Assembly (NCBI GenBank): GCA_963706325.1
Contig: CAVPLT010000004.1
Span: forward strand, 672,001-736,000
DNA length: 64,000 nt
Origin: an uncultured Nitrospiraceae bacterium
Lineage (GTDB): Bacteria; Nitrospirota; Nitrospiria; Nitrospirales; Nitrospiraceae
Direction: 5' to 3'
The stretch's first letter is position 1, and each line of letters starts with the position of its first letter. Shown here in pieces: positions 41,487-52,635 of this stretch. A model generated the notes under the pieces. That model made no database searches and was not told the DNA's origin. It saw only the letters and a program-made list of their open reading frames with translations. The position numbers were made by a program, and so were the translations under genes.

Positions 41487-41643
41487 CTAGGATTCGACCG
41501 GCGTTCATCACGGTCGCCAGCCTCACGTCACTCTTGCGCACGAATGTCCTAATCAGTTTGTCCCCCAGATTCCTCATGGTATGAGTGGGAGGACGAGAGC
41601 TCGGTCGGTATTGCCAAGCCCGTTTTCTACACTGGGGTGATCC

Positions 41644-42393
41644 ATGAAATCAGCAGATCTATTGTTGGCTGCATGCATAGGTAGTTGTGTTCTGTTCGGT
41701 GCCGGTGTTTCTGCTGCCCTGGCGGCCAATCCTGCTGCCAGCGCGAGTAAGGCTCCCGCACCGGGGGCCGATGTAACCCCTGCACAGGATAAGACCGAAT
41801 TCTATGTGAGTCTCTACATGCAGGGCAGTTATCCACTCAATCGTCCGGTTAGTTTGCAGGATGACCCCTTTACGAATACCGACGTACAGGGTGGATTGGG
41901 CGGGGGACTAAAATTCGGTATCTTCCCGGCCATCACTGGGCGGATTGTCGGGTTAGAGGCTGAACTCTCCGGCCTTGATGGAAGGGTGGATGCGCCCACG
42001 GCCACGGCAGGCGGCGTGACCCGTAGCGCGAATTTTCGTCTCCAATCCATCAATGCCATGGCCAATCTGTTGCTGCGTTATCCCGGCGAGGTCATTCAGC
42101 CGTACCTCGGTGTCGGGGCGGGGGTGTCCGGAGGATTTGCCCGGGATTTAAATCTCCAAAGCAGCACCATCGGGGTGATCCGTGAGAATGCGGCCGATGG
42201 TGCCTTTGCCTACCAGTTTATCGGGGGTATTCGCGCGAATGTCAGCGACCGGCTGTTTCTGTTTACGGAATACAAGTACTTCGTGGCGAATTACCAATGG
42301 GAAAGCGAATTCCCCAATGGCGCGCATGGGCCATCCTTCACATTAAATTATCGTACCCATCTCATCTCTGGCGGACTCGGGTTCCGGTTCTAA
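41644..42393 (+). CDS. Outer-membrane beta-barrel protein
   Basis: Signal peptide, QPYLGVGAG, FTEYKY, C-terminal GLGFRF. Confidence 0.88.
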   Translation: MKSADLLLAACIGSCVLFGAGVSAALAANPAASASKAPAPGADVTPAQDKTEFYVSLYMQGSYPLNRPVSLQDDPFTNTDVQGGLGGGLKFGIFPAITGRIVGLEAELSGLDGRVDAPTATAGGVTRSANFRLQSINAMANLLLRYPGEVIQPYLGVGAGVSGGFARDLNLQSSTIGVIRENAADGAFAYQFIGGIRANVSDRLFLFTEYKYFVANYQWESEFPNGAHGPSFTLNYRTHLISGGLGFRF

Positions 42394-42641
42394 TCTACCT
42401 CTCTCGCGTCCTCCCCTCCCTGTGCGGTTTGCTGATCATGCCTCCAAGTCTTCCTTCAGTCGAGCCAGGCATCTTGGCGTCCTGATACAGTTCCTTCAGC
42501 TCTGTTCGTTTCGATGAGAACTGAAGCAGAGCCTCTCATCGGAGACCTGTGCTGATCGCCACGCGCTTGCAGTGCAGCACGGGTGAGGCATATGATAATC
42601 CATCTCTCGTCCGCTCATCCGGCTCCATGGAGGAACGAGCT

Positions 42642-43925
42642 GTGTTCTGGGACACGCGGCACCCTTCGCAGAAACCAGAGCGTCTCTGTTCGTTCTGCGG
42701 TAATCGCCAGGAGGCTGGTCAGCATCTCATTACCGGTCCGAAGCCATACACCTGCCATTCATGCGAGACGACCTCGGGGCTCTTCATCTGTGAAGAATGC
42801 GTCCAGCACTGCGTCCTTTCTCTGAGCAACGACAAGCATAACGAAACAGAGGATTCATCCTCATTCCTGCCGCTCGTGATCCCCAAGCCGACCGATATTA
42901 AAGCGATGCTGGATGATTTCGTCATCGGGCAGGATCACGCCAAGAAAGTCCTGTCCGTTGCGGTCCACAATCACTACAAGCGCATCGCGAACCGTGAGCG
43001 GCTCAAGCACGTTGACCTTCAAAAGGGCAACATCCTGATGATTGGATCGACCGGAACCGGGAAGACGCTCCTCTCGCAAACGCTGGCCCGCATCCTTCAT
43101 GTGCCGTTTACCATCGCGGATGCCACGGCGCTGACGGAGGCAGGGTATGTGGGGGAGGATGTGGAAAACATCGTCCTCAAGCTACTACAAACCTGCGAAT
43201 ACGATGTCAACCGCGCCCAGTCCGGCATCATCTACATCGATGAGATCGATAAGATCAGTCGGAAGTCTGAGAATCCATCTCTGACCCGCGACGTGTCCGG
43301 CGAGGGTGTTCAGCAGGCGCTGCTGAAGCTGGTCGAAGGGACGATCTGCAATGTACCGCCCAAAGGCGGACGGAAGCACCCCGAGCAGGATTATATTCGT
43401 GTGGACACGACAAACATCCTGTTTATCGCCGGCGGGGCGTTCGTGGGATTGGATCAGATCATAGCCCAACGCACGATGCCGAAGCGGCTGGGGTTCGAAG
43501 CCATAGGTGCCGCAGGCGAGATCGACGGGCACACCGACATATTGCGTAGCGTGCAAACCGAGGATCTATTGAAGTTTGGACTCATTCCCGAGTTCGTGGG
43601 CCGATTTCCTGTTCTGACCACCCTTGCAGACCTCGATGTGCCGGCGCTCATTCGAGTACTGACTGAACCTCGCAACGCGCTGGTGAGGCAGTATCAGGCC
43701 CTCTTCGAAATCGAGGGAGTCGAACTTGAGTTCACTGATCCTGCGGTGAAGGCCATCGCCCGCCGGGCGGCCGTCATGAAAACGGGGGCTCGGGCGCTAC
43801 GTACGATTCTGGAAGAGGTGATGCTAGACCTGATGTATGAGATCCCGGCGTTGGGCGGAGTGAAATCCGTCGTGATCACGGAAGAGGTCATTGCCGGGAT
43901 TGGGCAACCGCAGATTCTTACCTGA
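42642..43925 (+). CDS. clpX: ATP-dependent Clp protease ATPase ClpX (paralog-like)
   Basis: CSFC zinc domain, [19 protein letters not shown] and LGF loops; GTG start after GGAGGA. Confidence 0.95.
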   Translation: MFWDTRHPSQKPERLCSFCGNRQEAGQHLITGPKPYTCHSCETTSGLFICEECVQHCVLSLSNDKHNETEDSSSFLPLVIPKPTDIKAMLDDFVIGQDHAKKVLSVAVHNHYKRIANRERLKHVDLQKGNILMIGSTGTGKTLLSQTLARILHVPFTIADATALTEAGYVGEDVENIVLKLLQTCEYDVNRAQSGIIYIDEIDKISRKSENPSLTRDVSGEGVQQALLKLVEGTICNVPPKGGRKHPEQDYIRVDTTNILFIAGGAFVGLDQIIAQRTMPKRLGFEAIGAAGEIDGHTDILRSVQTEDLLKFGLIPEFVGRFPVLTTLADLDVPALIRVLTEPRNALVRQYQALFEIEGVELEFTDPAVKAIARRAAVMKTGARALRTILEEVMLDLMYEIPALGGVKSVVITEEVIAGIGQPQILT

Positions 43926-44073
43926 GATTCCCCACTACGAACGGTCGCCCGCGATTGGTCGTCTCGACCCGATCGTGGGCTGCACAGGAGACAAAGCCTG
44001 CTCATCCCTCAAGGCCTCTCCTCCCCGAGGGAAAGAAACGGCTTGGGGTCCTCCATAAAAAGGGAATCCGCAA

Positions 44074-44241
44074 TCAGGCTGCGTGTCTGGCTCGCGTTCC
44101 ATGCGCGACGGTTTCGACGTGGCGACCACCGGTCGCAGACGAGCCTAGCCGTCTCTTCTCAGATTCACTCTCACTTGCCATGGACCAGGCAAGCAGCCAG
44201 ACCAGCGCAACCATGGTTCCGAATCCAATAATCTCTACCAT
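44074..44241 (-). CDS. 55-aa single-pass membrane protein
   Basis: MVEIIGFGTMVALVWLLAWSMA...; GGAGGTG RBS. Confidence 0.65.
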   Translation of the reverse strand: MVEIIGFGTMVALVWLLAWSMASESESEKRRLGSSATGGRHVETVAHGTRARHAA

Positions 44242-45243
44242 AGGGCACCTCCGTTTCCTGAACGACGGGACGGATCTGGAAGACGCAGACGGCATCAGGC
44301 ATTTTATCAGGGCATGAGAGCCAACTCATGTCTCTGTGGTTTCGTTGAACGATCTTTCTACGCGACCGACTTGCTTCTATCGTGCTCCAAACCTTACGGA
44401 TAATAGAATCGAAGACATCTAAGATTGCAGCAAAGGCACAGGGCCAGCCGCTACATCTAGGCCGCCTGCCGCGATCTGGCTGAAGGTTGCGCAACCGCCT
44501 GACCCGACTCATCAGCCTTATCGGTCGTCAACTTGGGCGACCCCTTTGACTTAGAGTACAAGATGTCCACACAAATGAAGAGGGTGATCACCATTGCCAA
44601 GAGACCGAGCACGATTCCCCAATAGACTTCAGACATTGGTCACTCACTCGCGCGAAGCCGCACGAGTCCTTTGTGTACGCGTCTTGTCGCCAGGGTGCCT
44701 GTCGTTCTCGTCTGCGGGGTGCCGGACCTTGACGCGTGTGGGGGTGGGTGATTCGCTACAAGCGATTCAACAAAAGACCATACAACATGAGGTGATCGAG
44801 ACGGGGCTAACTGTAGGCGGTGACACAGACGCATCACCGGGCCTGTCCCTGGAACTATTGATAACGTCGCCTCGAATGGATAGGGGGCACTTTTGCAGTT
44901 GTGCAGCCCCTGTCTATGCCGGTTGTCGGCGATGACGCGAGCGTAGAGGCTGTGGTGGATTATTCCTGTGAGCGCACGCCTGCCCACTGGTGACAAGTCG
45001 GTGCCATGCCTAAGAAGAGTGCGGGTGAGAAGAAGGTTACACCTAGCATGTCCGTCCCGTTGAAATTGCGCTTTACGGAAGAACATGCTTCCCACCTCCA
45101 GAACGAGGCGGAACGTAACGAGTCTCTATCTTATTCCCTCATGAAATACCGGTCAAGGGGTGGGCTGGATCATGTGTAGTGAGCCGGGGTACATCACAGG
45201 GTGCGTATCTTATCTAGAGAGGAAAGAGCGATTCGAGCTTACT

Positions 45244-45642
45244 TCAAAGGATTTCACCGGAAGGGGGAACGGACTGCTGTGATGGCTTGGACGACTTAAA
45301 ACGAAGCGTAAATTCCTGCTGATCGGCGTCGGGCGAAAGACTGAATGATCCTTCGGCGGTGAGATGCTCCTGCGAATGGGACTTGCCCTGCGGAAAAAGT
45401 TTTAGACGGAATTCGCCTGATCGCCGAGACTCCAGCGCGGGCAGGTTTCCTTCCACTTCCACATATTCCCGTACCCTCGCCAAGGCTTGATCGAACAATT
45501 CGTGCAAAAGTTTTTCAGGCGTCGTCTTATCGAGCAGGTCACTCGCCACACGACTTAGATCTAGACCCAACAGGGGACGATCCTCTGCCGCAAATACCGG
45601 TGTGGCGGCGAGAAGCAAGGCAGTGAGGAGAAAGGCGACCAT
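45244..45642 (-). CDS. Exported hypothetical protein
   Basis: Signal peptide ending VFA. Confidence 0.75.
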   Translation of the reverse strand: MVAFLLTALLLAATPVFAAEDRPLLGLDLSRVASDLLDKTTPEKLLHELFDQALARVREYVEVEGNLPALESRRSGEFRLKLFPQGKSHSQEHLTAEGSFSLSPDADQQEFTLRFKSSKPSQQSVPPSGEIL

Positions 45643-45721
45643 GGATTCAGTCTATCCACCGGCAGAAATTCAGTCAAGCCCAAGATGGGAGAACTTTCAC
45701 TGAGAATGGTGATGAGGCACA

Positions 45722-46894
45722 TTAACAGCGAGCGAGCAGCTTTTCATTCCGGTTCCACTGGGATACCGTGCCGCTGCTGTCGGTCAACTCCATCTTGTCC
45801 TGCGCCAGAACCAGCATGAGGAGCGGGGGAGTTTTGCTCTGGGCTACGATCAGTTTGAAGCGGTCCTGGTCCGGTTCGATCCGGCCGGTGTGGGAAGTGG
45901 CCTTGTAGAACTCCGATACATTTGCTGAGGTAATCGTCCAGACGAATTCTTCTTGGCGATCGACGAATTTGGCCGAGCCTTCCCATGTGCCCACAAGCGC
46001 AGGTTCAACCGGCGTCATCCGCTTCACTGTCATTTTATGCGGGACGGTACCGAACGATTGCCAGAGAAGGGGATCGAACTTATTCGGTACTTGCTTCTTC
46101 GGAAGCTTGGTCCAGGTAACGTTCAGAATACCGGTTGTCGAGAACGTATTGCTTTCAGCTATCTGATAGGTTCCATGCAGAATCTCTTGGTACGATTCGG
46201 CGTGCCAGCGCCCTCGGTCCGCCACCACCGTCCCCGGCATTACCACGGCTGTTGTGAGGGTCCAATCGGCACGCTCGCTCAAGGCAAGATGGCCCTTGCC
46301 ATAGATCAATCCTACGGGGACACAGCCATACCAATCTCCCGACCATTGGGGGGATGCTTGGGCCAATCCCGAATCCGATGCGGCGGTTGCCACTGCACCC
46401 GAGGGACGTGGGCCTGCAAGTCTTGTTGCGGCGACCTTCGCGAGGTTGGTAACAGCCGCTTGAGGATTGCCTTGTTTGGGCGAGGAAAGCGAGAGTGTAA
46501 CCAGCGCGTTATCCTTTAAGAAAGTCAGCTGAATGCCACCGATGGGAGATCGAAGGGTGAACGCTCCATCGCCAATTCCAGGGATTGGTTGGTGGCCGGT
46601 TTTTGAGCGCTGGTCGTTGAAGACGCTCTGCTTGTTCCCGCCTTGTCCCGGATCAAATTCCACCGTCACCGTCTCCTCTGGATTGCGTTTGGCCTGATAG
46701 AGGCATTGCCGATCGTTTTGCTGCCGGCCGGTCGCAACCGGCGTTCCTATCGCCAGCTCGACATCCGCTTCTGTCACGATTAAACAGGCGTTCAGATTCG
46801 TAGAGATCACATCGGAGGACTGGGAGCACCCCAGGACCATAGCCCACGCAATCACAAGGCAGAAGGGGAAGCGTTTCGAGGAGATGATGGACAT
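45722..46894 (-). CDS. Putative lipoprotein
   Basis: Lipobox VLGC; PIPGIGDGAF motif. Confidence 0.8.
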   Translation of the reverse strand: MSIISSKRFPFCLVIAWAMVLGCSQSSDVISTNLNACLIVTEADVELAIGTPVATGRQQNDRQCLYQAKRNPEETVTVEFDPGQGGNKQSVFNDQRSKTGHQPIPGIGDGAFTLRSPIGGIQLTFLKDNALVTLSLSSPKQGNPQAAVTNLAKVAATRLAGPRPSGAVATAASDSGLAQASPQWSGDWYGCVPVGLIYGKGHLALSERADWTLTTAVVMPGTVVADRGRWHAESYQEILHGTYQIAESNTFSTTGILNVTWTKLPKKQVPNKFDPLLWQSFGTVPHKMTVKRMTPVEPALVGTWEGSAKFVDRQEEFVWTITSANVSEFYKATSHTGRIEPDQDRFKLIVAQSKTPPLLMLVLAQDKMELTDSSGTVSQWNRNEKLLARC

Positions 46895-47009
46895 GGAACG
46901 GTCAGTCTAGGAGGCGCTCCCGCAAATAGCAAGTTTCAGTGCCAGGCACAACCTGCGAGAGAGCAATTTCCGACCGGCGGTCGATGCGCCGTTGTATACG
47001 AACAGGCGA

Positions 47010-47435
47010 TTATGTCTGACCTGGGACAAATTTCAGTGAAACGCCGTTGATGCAGTATCGGAGTCCTGTGGGCTTTGGGCCGTCATTGAAGATATGCCCT
47101 TGATGCCCGTTGCAGCGGGAGCAGTGGACTTCGGTACGTGTCATAAAGAATTTGGAGTCGGTGCGGGTCTCGACCACGCGAGGATCCATCGGCTGCCAGA
47201 AGCTCGGCCACCCGGTGCCGCTATCGAATTTATGCTCCGACGAATAGGCGGGGAGACCGCAGCCGGCGCAGTGGTAGACACCGGCTTGATGGTTGTCATT
47301 AAGTGGACTTGTAAACGCCCGCTCGGTATCCTCATGCCGCAGCACTTGATAGGCCGCGAGGGACAGCAGTTTTTTCCACTCGTCGTCAGTCTTGGCTATT
47401 TTCACAATGGGGCCGATGTCGATTTTGTCGCCCAT
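47010..47435 (-). CDS. msrB: Methionine-R-sulfoxide reductase
   Basis: KFDSGTGWPSF...GHIFNDGP.PTGLRYCING. Confidence 0.97.
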   Translation of the reverse strand: MGDKIDIGPIVKIAKTDDEWKKLLSLAAYQVLRHEDTERAFTSPLNDNHQAGVYHCAGCGLPAYSSEHKFDSGTGWPSFWQPMDPRVVETRTDSKFFMTRTEVHCSRCNGHQGHIFNDGPKPTGLRYCINGVSLKFVPGQT

Positions 47436-47551
47436 ACTTCCCCCCCCTCAATCAGAATGGCTGATGAGACACAGGATCATGGATTGACGTTACCATGCCT
47501 CTGTCTCATCAGCCAATGGGCTGTTACAGGCCCTGACTACTCGGACAGCCC

Positions 47552-49951
47552 TTATGACCCGACGATGGAGGTTCCGGCCGCCACTTCAGGCTGAGGTCCA
47601 GGGGTCGGATCCTCATGGAAGGCGGCCTGGAGCACTTCATCCAAGCGTTGGACCAAAAAGACCTGTAAGTCTTCACGAACTTCCGCAGGAATCTCTTTCA
47701 GATCCTTCTCATTCGCCTTCGGCAAAATGATGCGCCGGAGGCCAGCTCGATGAGCCGCCAAGACTTTTTCCTTGATACCGCCCACCGGCAACACCAGCCC
47801 GGTCAGACTGATTTCTCCGGTCATGGCCGTGTCACTGCGCACCGGCTTACCCACATAGGCGGAAGCCAGCGCAGTCGCCATCGTGATACCGGCCGAAGGG
47901 CCGTCCTTGGGAATAGCGCCGGACGGCACGTGGATATGCACGCCATTCCGTTTGAAGCGGGAAATGTCGAGGCCCATCGCCTCGGCATGGCTCCAGAGAT
48001 AGCTGCGCGCGGCGCGCGCCGATTCCTGCATCACGTCGCCCAGCTGACCGGTCAGCGTCATGTCGTGGCTTCCCGGCAATAAGCTGGTTTCGATATACAG
48101 CACATCACCGCCTGTCGGAGTCCATGCGAGACCGGTGGCGACACCGGCCGGCAAGTCCTTCCGCGCTTCTTCCGGTTGGAACCGTTCCTGACCCAGCCAT
48201 TCGTCCAGCAACGTCGCTGTAATATCGACCGTGGCCGACGCCGAATCAGCTGCCTGATCCGCCAAGGTCACGGCGACTTTTCTCGTCAGGCGTCCCAACA
48301 TTTGCTCCAGCTGCCGCACCCCTGATTCTCGGGTATAGCGGCCGATGATTTGATCGAGCACTGCTTCAGGAAGATTGATATCCTCCGTCCGCAGCCCAGC
48401 CTCCTTCAGCCGTCTTGGCCAAAGGTACCGAACGGCGATCTCGCGCTTTTCCCGCTCGCTATATCCGTTCAGCCGGATGATCTCCATGCGATCCAGCAAC
48501 GGTTGCGACAGAGTCTCCAGCGTATTCGCCGTCGTGATGAAAAATACCTTGGACAAATCGAACGGCAAATCGAGGTAGTGGTCGCGGAACGTATGGTTCT
48601 GCGCCGGATCCAAAACCTCCAGCAATGCCGCCGCCGGATCGCCGCGGAAATCGCGTCCGAGTTTATCCACTTCGTCCAGCATGATCACCGGATTGTTGAC
48701 TCCGGCGCGTCGCACCGCTTGAATGATACGGCCGGGAAGGGCTCCGACATACGTGCGCCGGTGGCCGCGCAGCTCCCCTTCGTCATGCAGTCCGCCGAGG
48801 CTGAAGCGTTCGAACGTGCGGCCCATCGATTTGGCGATGGACTGCCCTAAACTGGTCTTGCCCACACCTGGAGGCCCCACCAGACAGAGGATCGGCGCTT
48901 TGGCGGCAGGGTTTAACTTTAGCACCGCCAAATGCTCTACGATCCGTTCTTTCACTTCCTTGATGCCGTAGTGATCCTCATTCAAGACCTTGCGGACATG
49001 CGCGAGATCGAGATGTTCCTCCGATGACTTGTTCCAGGGCAGTTCGAGCACCAGTTCCAAGTAGCTCCGAATCACTTGATGCTCGGGAGAGGCGCTCGGT
49101 GTCTTGGCGAGACGCGCGAGTTCACGGTCCGTCTCTTTCCGCACGTGGTCGGGAAGATCGGCCTCTTGAATTTTTGATCTCAATGCGCCGACTTCATCTT
49201 CCTCGCCGCTACTCTCGCCCAACTCTTGCTGAATCGTCTTGAGTTGCTCGCGTAGGAGATACTCCCGCTGAGTCTTGCCCAGCTTCTCTCGGGCCTCGCC
49301 CGCGATCTTGTCCCTCAACTGAAGGATTTGCACCTCGCGCGACAGCGCGGCATAGAGCCCACGCAACAGGTCTGCCCTCGTGGCCGCCTCGAGCAATTGT
49401 TGCTCGCCGTCCAACGTGAGATTCAACAACGAAGCGATGCGGTACGCCAGGACGACCGGGTCCTGCTCGGTCCCGAGAGCCGCCACCGCTTCATGGACGC
49501 CCGGCGTCTGAATCAGCTTCGGCAGCTCGGTGATGATGTCAAGAATCGCCCGGTGCAACGCCTCGACTTCCGTGCTCTGTTCACTAGGCGGAGGCAACTG
49601 TTTCCCGCGCGCCTGCAGAAACGGATCGACTTGATCGAGCTTCAGAAGCACGAACCGCTCTAATCCCTGGATCAAAATATTGTAATGACCTTCCGCAGCG
49701 CGAGCCGTCTGTTTGATGACGGCCTTTGTGCCGATGGTATACAGATCCGCCAGCAAGGGTTGGTCGGTTTGCGCATCCCGCTGAGCCACGACAAGCAGGG
49801 TCTTATCTTCGGTTTTCAATGCCGCTTCTACGGCTGCGACAGAACGGTCACGTCCCACGGTCAAGGGCATCATCGTGCCTGGGAACAACACCGTTCGCTT
49901 CAGCGGCAGTACGGGTAGATTCGTGAGTATCGGGGCATTCGAATCGTTCAT
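47552..49951 (-). CDS. lon: Lon protease
   Basis: [42 protein letters not shown]. Confidence 0.97.
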   Translation of the reverse strand: MNDSNAPILTNLPVLPLKRTVLFPGTMMPLTVGRDRSVAAVEAALKTEDKTLLVVAQRDAQTDQPLLADLYTIGTKAVIKQTARAAEGHYNILIQGLERFVLLKLDQVDPFLQARGKQLPPPSEQSTEVEALHRAILDIITELPKLIQTPGVHEAVAALGTEQDPVVLAYRIASLLNLTLDGEQQLLEAATRADLLRGLYAALSREVQILQLRDKIAGEAREKLGKTQREYLLREQLKTIQQELGESSGEEDEVGALRSKIQEADLPDHVRKETDRELARLAKTPSASPEHQVIRSYLELVLELPWNKSSEEHLDLAHVRKVLNEDHYGIKEVKERIVEHLAVLKLNPAAKAPILCLVGPPGVGKTSLGQSIAKSMGRTFERFSLGGLHDEGELRGHRRTYVGALPGRIIQAVRRAGVNNPVIMLDEVDKLGRDFRGDPAAALLEVLDPAQNHTFRDHYLDLPFDLSKVFFITTANTLETLSQPLLDRMEIIRLNGYSEREKREIAVRYLWPRRLKEAGLRTEDINLPEAVLDQIIGRYTRESGVRQLEQMLGRLTRKVAVTLADQAADSASATVDITATLLDEWLGQERFQPEEARKDLPAGVATGLAWTPTGGDVLYIETSLLPGSHDMTLTGQLGDVMQESARAARSYLWSHAEAMGLDISRFKRNGVHIHVPSGAIPKDGPSAGITMATALASAYVGKPVRSDTAMTGEISLTGLVLPVGGIKEKVLAAHRAGLRRIILPKANEKDLKEIPAEVREDLQVFLVQRLDEVLQAAFHEDPTPGPQPEVAAGTSIVGS

Positions 49952-50248
49952 ATCATCCTCCGGTATGCTCGGATGGTCATGTGCTGAGGGCTGCGCGAGT
50001 GGTACCCACGTCACACTTACGCTCGTTCTTGTCGGTTAAGATAGCCATAAGACCGGATGAGTCAAGCGCAGGCTTTGGAAGGGTAGTCCATCGATCGCAA
50101 TTGCCGGAGCGGTCGCGTGAAACCCATGCTTGGTAGCGAGGATGGCACCACCGCGAGAGTGATGACCCGCTTAGCAATAGTTGAAAAAAGTTGTGGGGCC
50201 TTCAAACACTCCGAGAGCGCCGAGTCGGAGAGAACTCGGCGCGAGCGT

Positions 50249-50487
50249 GCAGAATGGTCAAAAGGGCCGTCCAGCGAGGCCGCAGCGAGGTCCACGGCGC
50301 GAAGAATAAAAAGCGCCAGGATTGTGGACGCCGGCGAGTCGGTGAGCCGGCCATGTCTGGAGGCGATGCGTAGTCATTTTTACCCGCCCTCCCTGAGCCT
50401 GCCGAGACAGGCCCTTGGCCCATGGGTGATACGTTGAGACTCTGAACGATGCGAGAACAAAGCTGGCGGACATTTTCACCATTCTGC
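50249..50487. repeat. MITE-like palindromic repeat, long form
   Basis: Terminal inverted repeats GCAGAATGGTCAAAA / TTTTCACCATTCTGC; arms homologous to 56168-56291. Confidence 0.85.
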
Positions 50488-52523
50488 TATCGGTCGATGA
50501 AGAGGCTGCCCTGGTTCTCGATGTAGACTTTTCCATTGAGCCGCTCCGGATGAGCGCCGGCGGTCGGTGGCGGGACAGAAGAATAATCGTCCCGGCCATC
50601 AAGATCAAAGAATGCGCCGATGCTGGCATCCGCGCCATGTCCCAGCCCACGACCGACGGCATACTGGTCCGCGCCGCCTTCTTCGATAAATAGTCCCCAT
50701 CCTCCGAGGTCTCCCATACCGAGCCCCGTCGAGGCCGGCAGGTCGTAGAAGTCGCTCGCCGTACCTCCGTCAATGGCAAGGGCCACGCTTCCGTCCCAAG
50801 CCGCACCGCCGTTGTAGAACGGCCCCTTAGAGCCATAACGGTCCTTACCCTGATAGTCGATGAGCAGGCCGACGCCAAAGTGGGCGGCCGTGCCATGCCC
50901 ATACCGGGCGGCCTGATGATCGTCGTCACCGTTAAGATCCAGCTTTACGCCAAGGCCGAAAAAATATCCGTGGCCTTGAGAAAAATTGGCGCTCCGATAA
51001 CGATCCTGTCCGTCCAGATCAATCAACAGTCCCCAGCCCCCTGCGAGACTCAGCGCGCGTTGCGCCGGATCCTTCGTGAAGACGCGGAGCCCCGCCCCCG
51101 TGCCTAATCCAAAACAATCGTATTGATACCCGGCGTCATGAGGTTGCGCATCCGGGGCATCGGCCGCGTTGTAGGCGCTGGGATAATGCCCGCCGCATTC
51201 ATACGAATCATTTCCAGCCACATCGATGACGGCGCCCACGCCCAACGGCGCGCCGAAACCCAGCGCATAGCCGAAACTGGTATACCGATCGTCGCCGGCG
51301 CGATCCACCAACAAGCCGAACCCGCCGAACGCTGCGCCTTGCGTAAACCGGTTGCCTTCGTAGATATCCTGTCCTCCTCCATCATACAGGATGCCGAGGC
51401 CCGCGAGGCCTACCCCGCCGGAGCCGGGTGACAGGCGATAGGTATCGTTGCCGCTGTGATCGATGAGGATGCCGATTCCTGCCCGGCCCGTGGCAAGCCC
51501 AAGCGGGGATGGCTCATAGGTGTCATTCCCGCTCAAGTCGATGACGATGCTATTGCCGAGATCACTGGTAGAGCTGGCGCCGATGGACCCGCGGTAGGTG
51601 TCGTTGCCGCCGAGGTCGATGATCAGCGCGGCACCCTTCTCGAGATCATAGGTATTCGGGCCGCGGCCGCCGATGATGACCAGTCCGTAGGGGGTCTGCT
51701 GCGCCAGAAGCACCTCCCCGGTGATGCCGCGAATGGTATGGGTGACGTGGGTTCGATTGTGAAACACAATGTCCAACTGCTGCAAAAATTTCCGGTTGCC
51801 CAGTCTCGCCAGTCGTTGCGCGGCCGTGATCAACGATCCGTAGTCGACCTGTTGCATCAATAGGGTGGCATATCGGACGGCGGCTTCCGCGTCGGTAAGC
51901 TGGGCCGGTGGCGTGATTTGAGGAATGAATCGTTCTACGAGAGGAGGGCCTTGGGTAAATAGAAACTCTCGATCCTGAGGAGACAAATGGCGGAGCGCAT
52001 GTTCGCGGTCTTGATAGGCGTCCTCAAGGGCTTCCATGAGAAAGCCGAGGATATCTTCCCGCGCGAGGGTCACAGGAAAGGTGAGTGGCCTAAAGGGTGT
52101 CGCGGTGCGATCCATACCGCCTTCTAGGATATCGATGACAGCCGGAAGTCCTTCGACGCCCGATTCCGCGGCTCCGGCGGCCAACAGACCGGCTTGCTCC
52201 ACCGTCGAGAGCCCGTCCCACGGATCGGCGAGTGTGCGCAGCGCGAGACCGCGTTTGAATTTGGCAATCTTATTGGTCTGGTCCGCCAAGCCGGCGCGAA
52301 CCGCCGGGAGAGCAGTATTGAGATTGTCGCGCAGATCAGGTTCAACGATCGCCTGCATCCGCGCCGTCAGCGCCTGTTGCGCGCGATCCAGCGGTCGGTC
52401 GGGTGTCCGGGTGGCGGAAAAGAGGTGGGTAATCTGCCCACAGCCGCCCATGAGCAGCCAGAGGGCCATGAGTGGCACGAGGGAGGCTACTCGGCTAGTG
52501 AAGCGGCGCAAGTCTAGGCTCAC
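50487..52523 (-). CDS. Lipoprotein with many DxxGxDxY repeats (start approximate)
   Basis: Lipobox MGGC; repeated IIDLGGNDTY, IDLSGNDTY, DRAGDDRY units. Confidence 0.85.
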   Translation of the reverse strand: MSLDLRRFTSRVASLVPLMALWLLMGGCGQITHLFSATRTPDRPLDRAQQALTARMQAIVEPDLRDNLNTALPAVRAGLADQTNKIAKFKRGLALRTLADPWDGLSTVEQAGLLAAGAAESGVEGLPAVIDILEGGMDRTATPFRPLTFPVTLAREDILGFLMEALEDAYQDREHALRHLSPQDREFLFTQGPPLVERFIPQITPPAQLTDAEAAVRYATLLMQQVDYGSLITAAQRLARLGNRKFLQQLDIVFHNRTHVTHTIRGITGEVLLAQQTPYGLVIIGGRGPNTYDLEKGAALIIDLGGNDTYRGSIGASSTSDLGNSIVIDLSGNDTYEPSPLGLATGRAGIGILIDHSGNDTYRLSPGSGGVGLAGLGILYDGGGQDIYEGNRFTQGAAFGGFGLLVDRAGDDRYTSFGYALGFGAPLGVGAVIDVAGNDSYECGGHYPSAYNAADAPDAQPHDAGYQYDCFGLGTGAGLRVFTKDPAQRALSLAGGWGLLIDLDGQDRYRSANFSQGHGYFFGLGVKLDLNGDDDHQAARYGHGTAAHFGVGLLIDYQGKDRYGSKGPFYNGGAAWDGSVALAIDGGTASDFYDLPASTGLGMGDLGGWGLFIEEGGADQYAVGRGLGHGADASIGAFFDLDGRDDYSSVPPPTAGAHPERLNGKVYIENQGSLFIDR

Positions 52524-52635
52524 ACGTCTCTTTTGAGAACCGTACGGGCCTTGGGGGGGCTGTTGAAAAGAAATGTCCGACAATGGGGTGACGGTCACAG
52601 GCTCTCTCAATAGACGCCCGTTGTCGTGGCGCCGA

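Noticed and set aside
50062..50929. ORFs spanning the 50.2-50.5 kb repeat
   Set aside because: Translations of the MITE-like repeat or alternative frames of the lipoprotein gene
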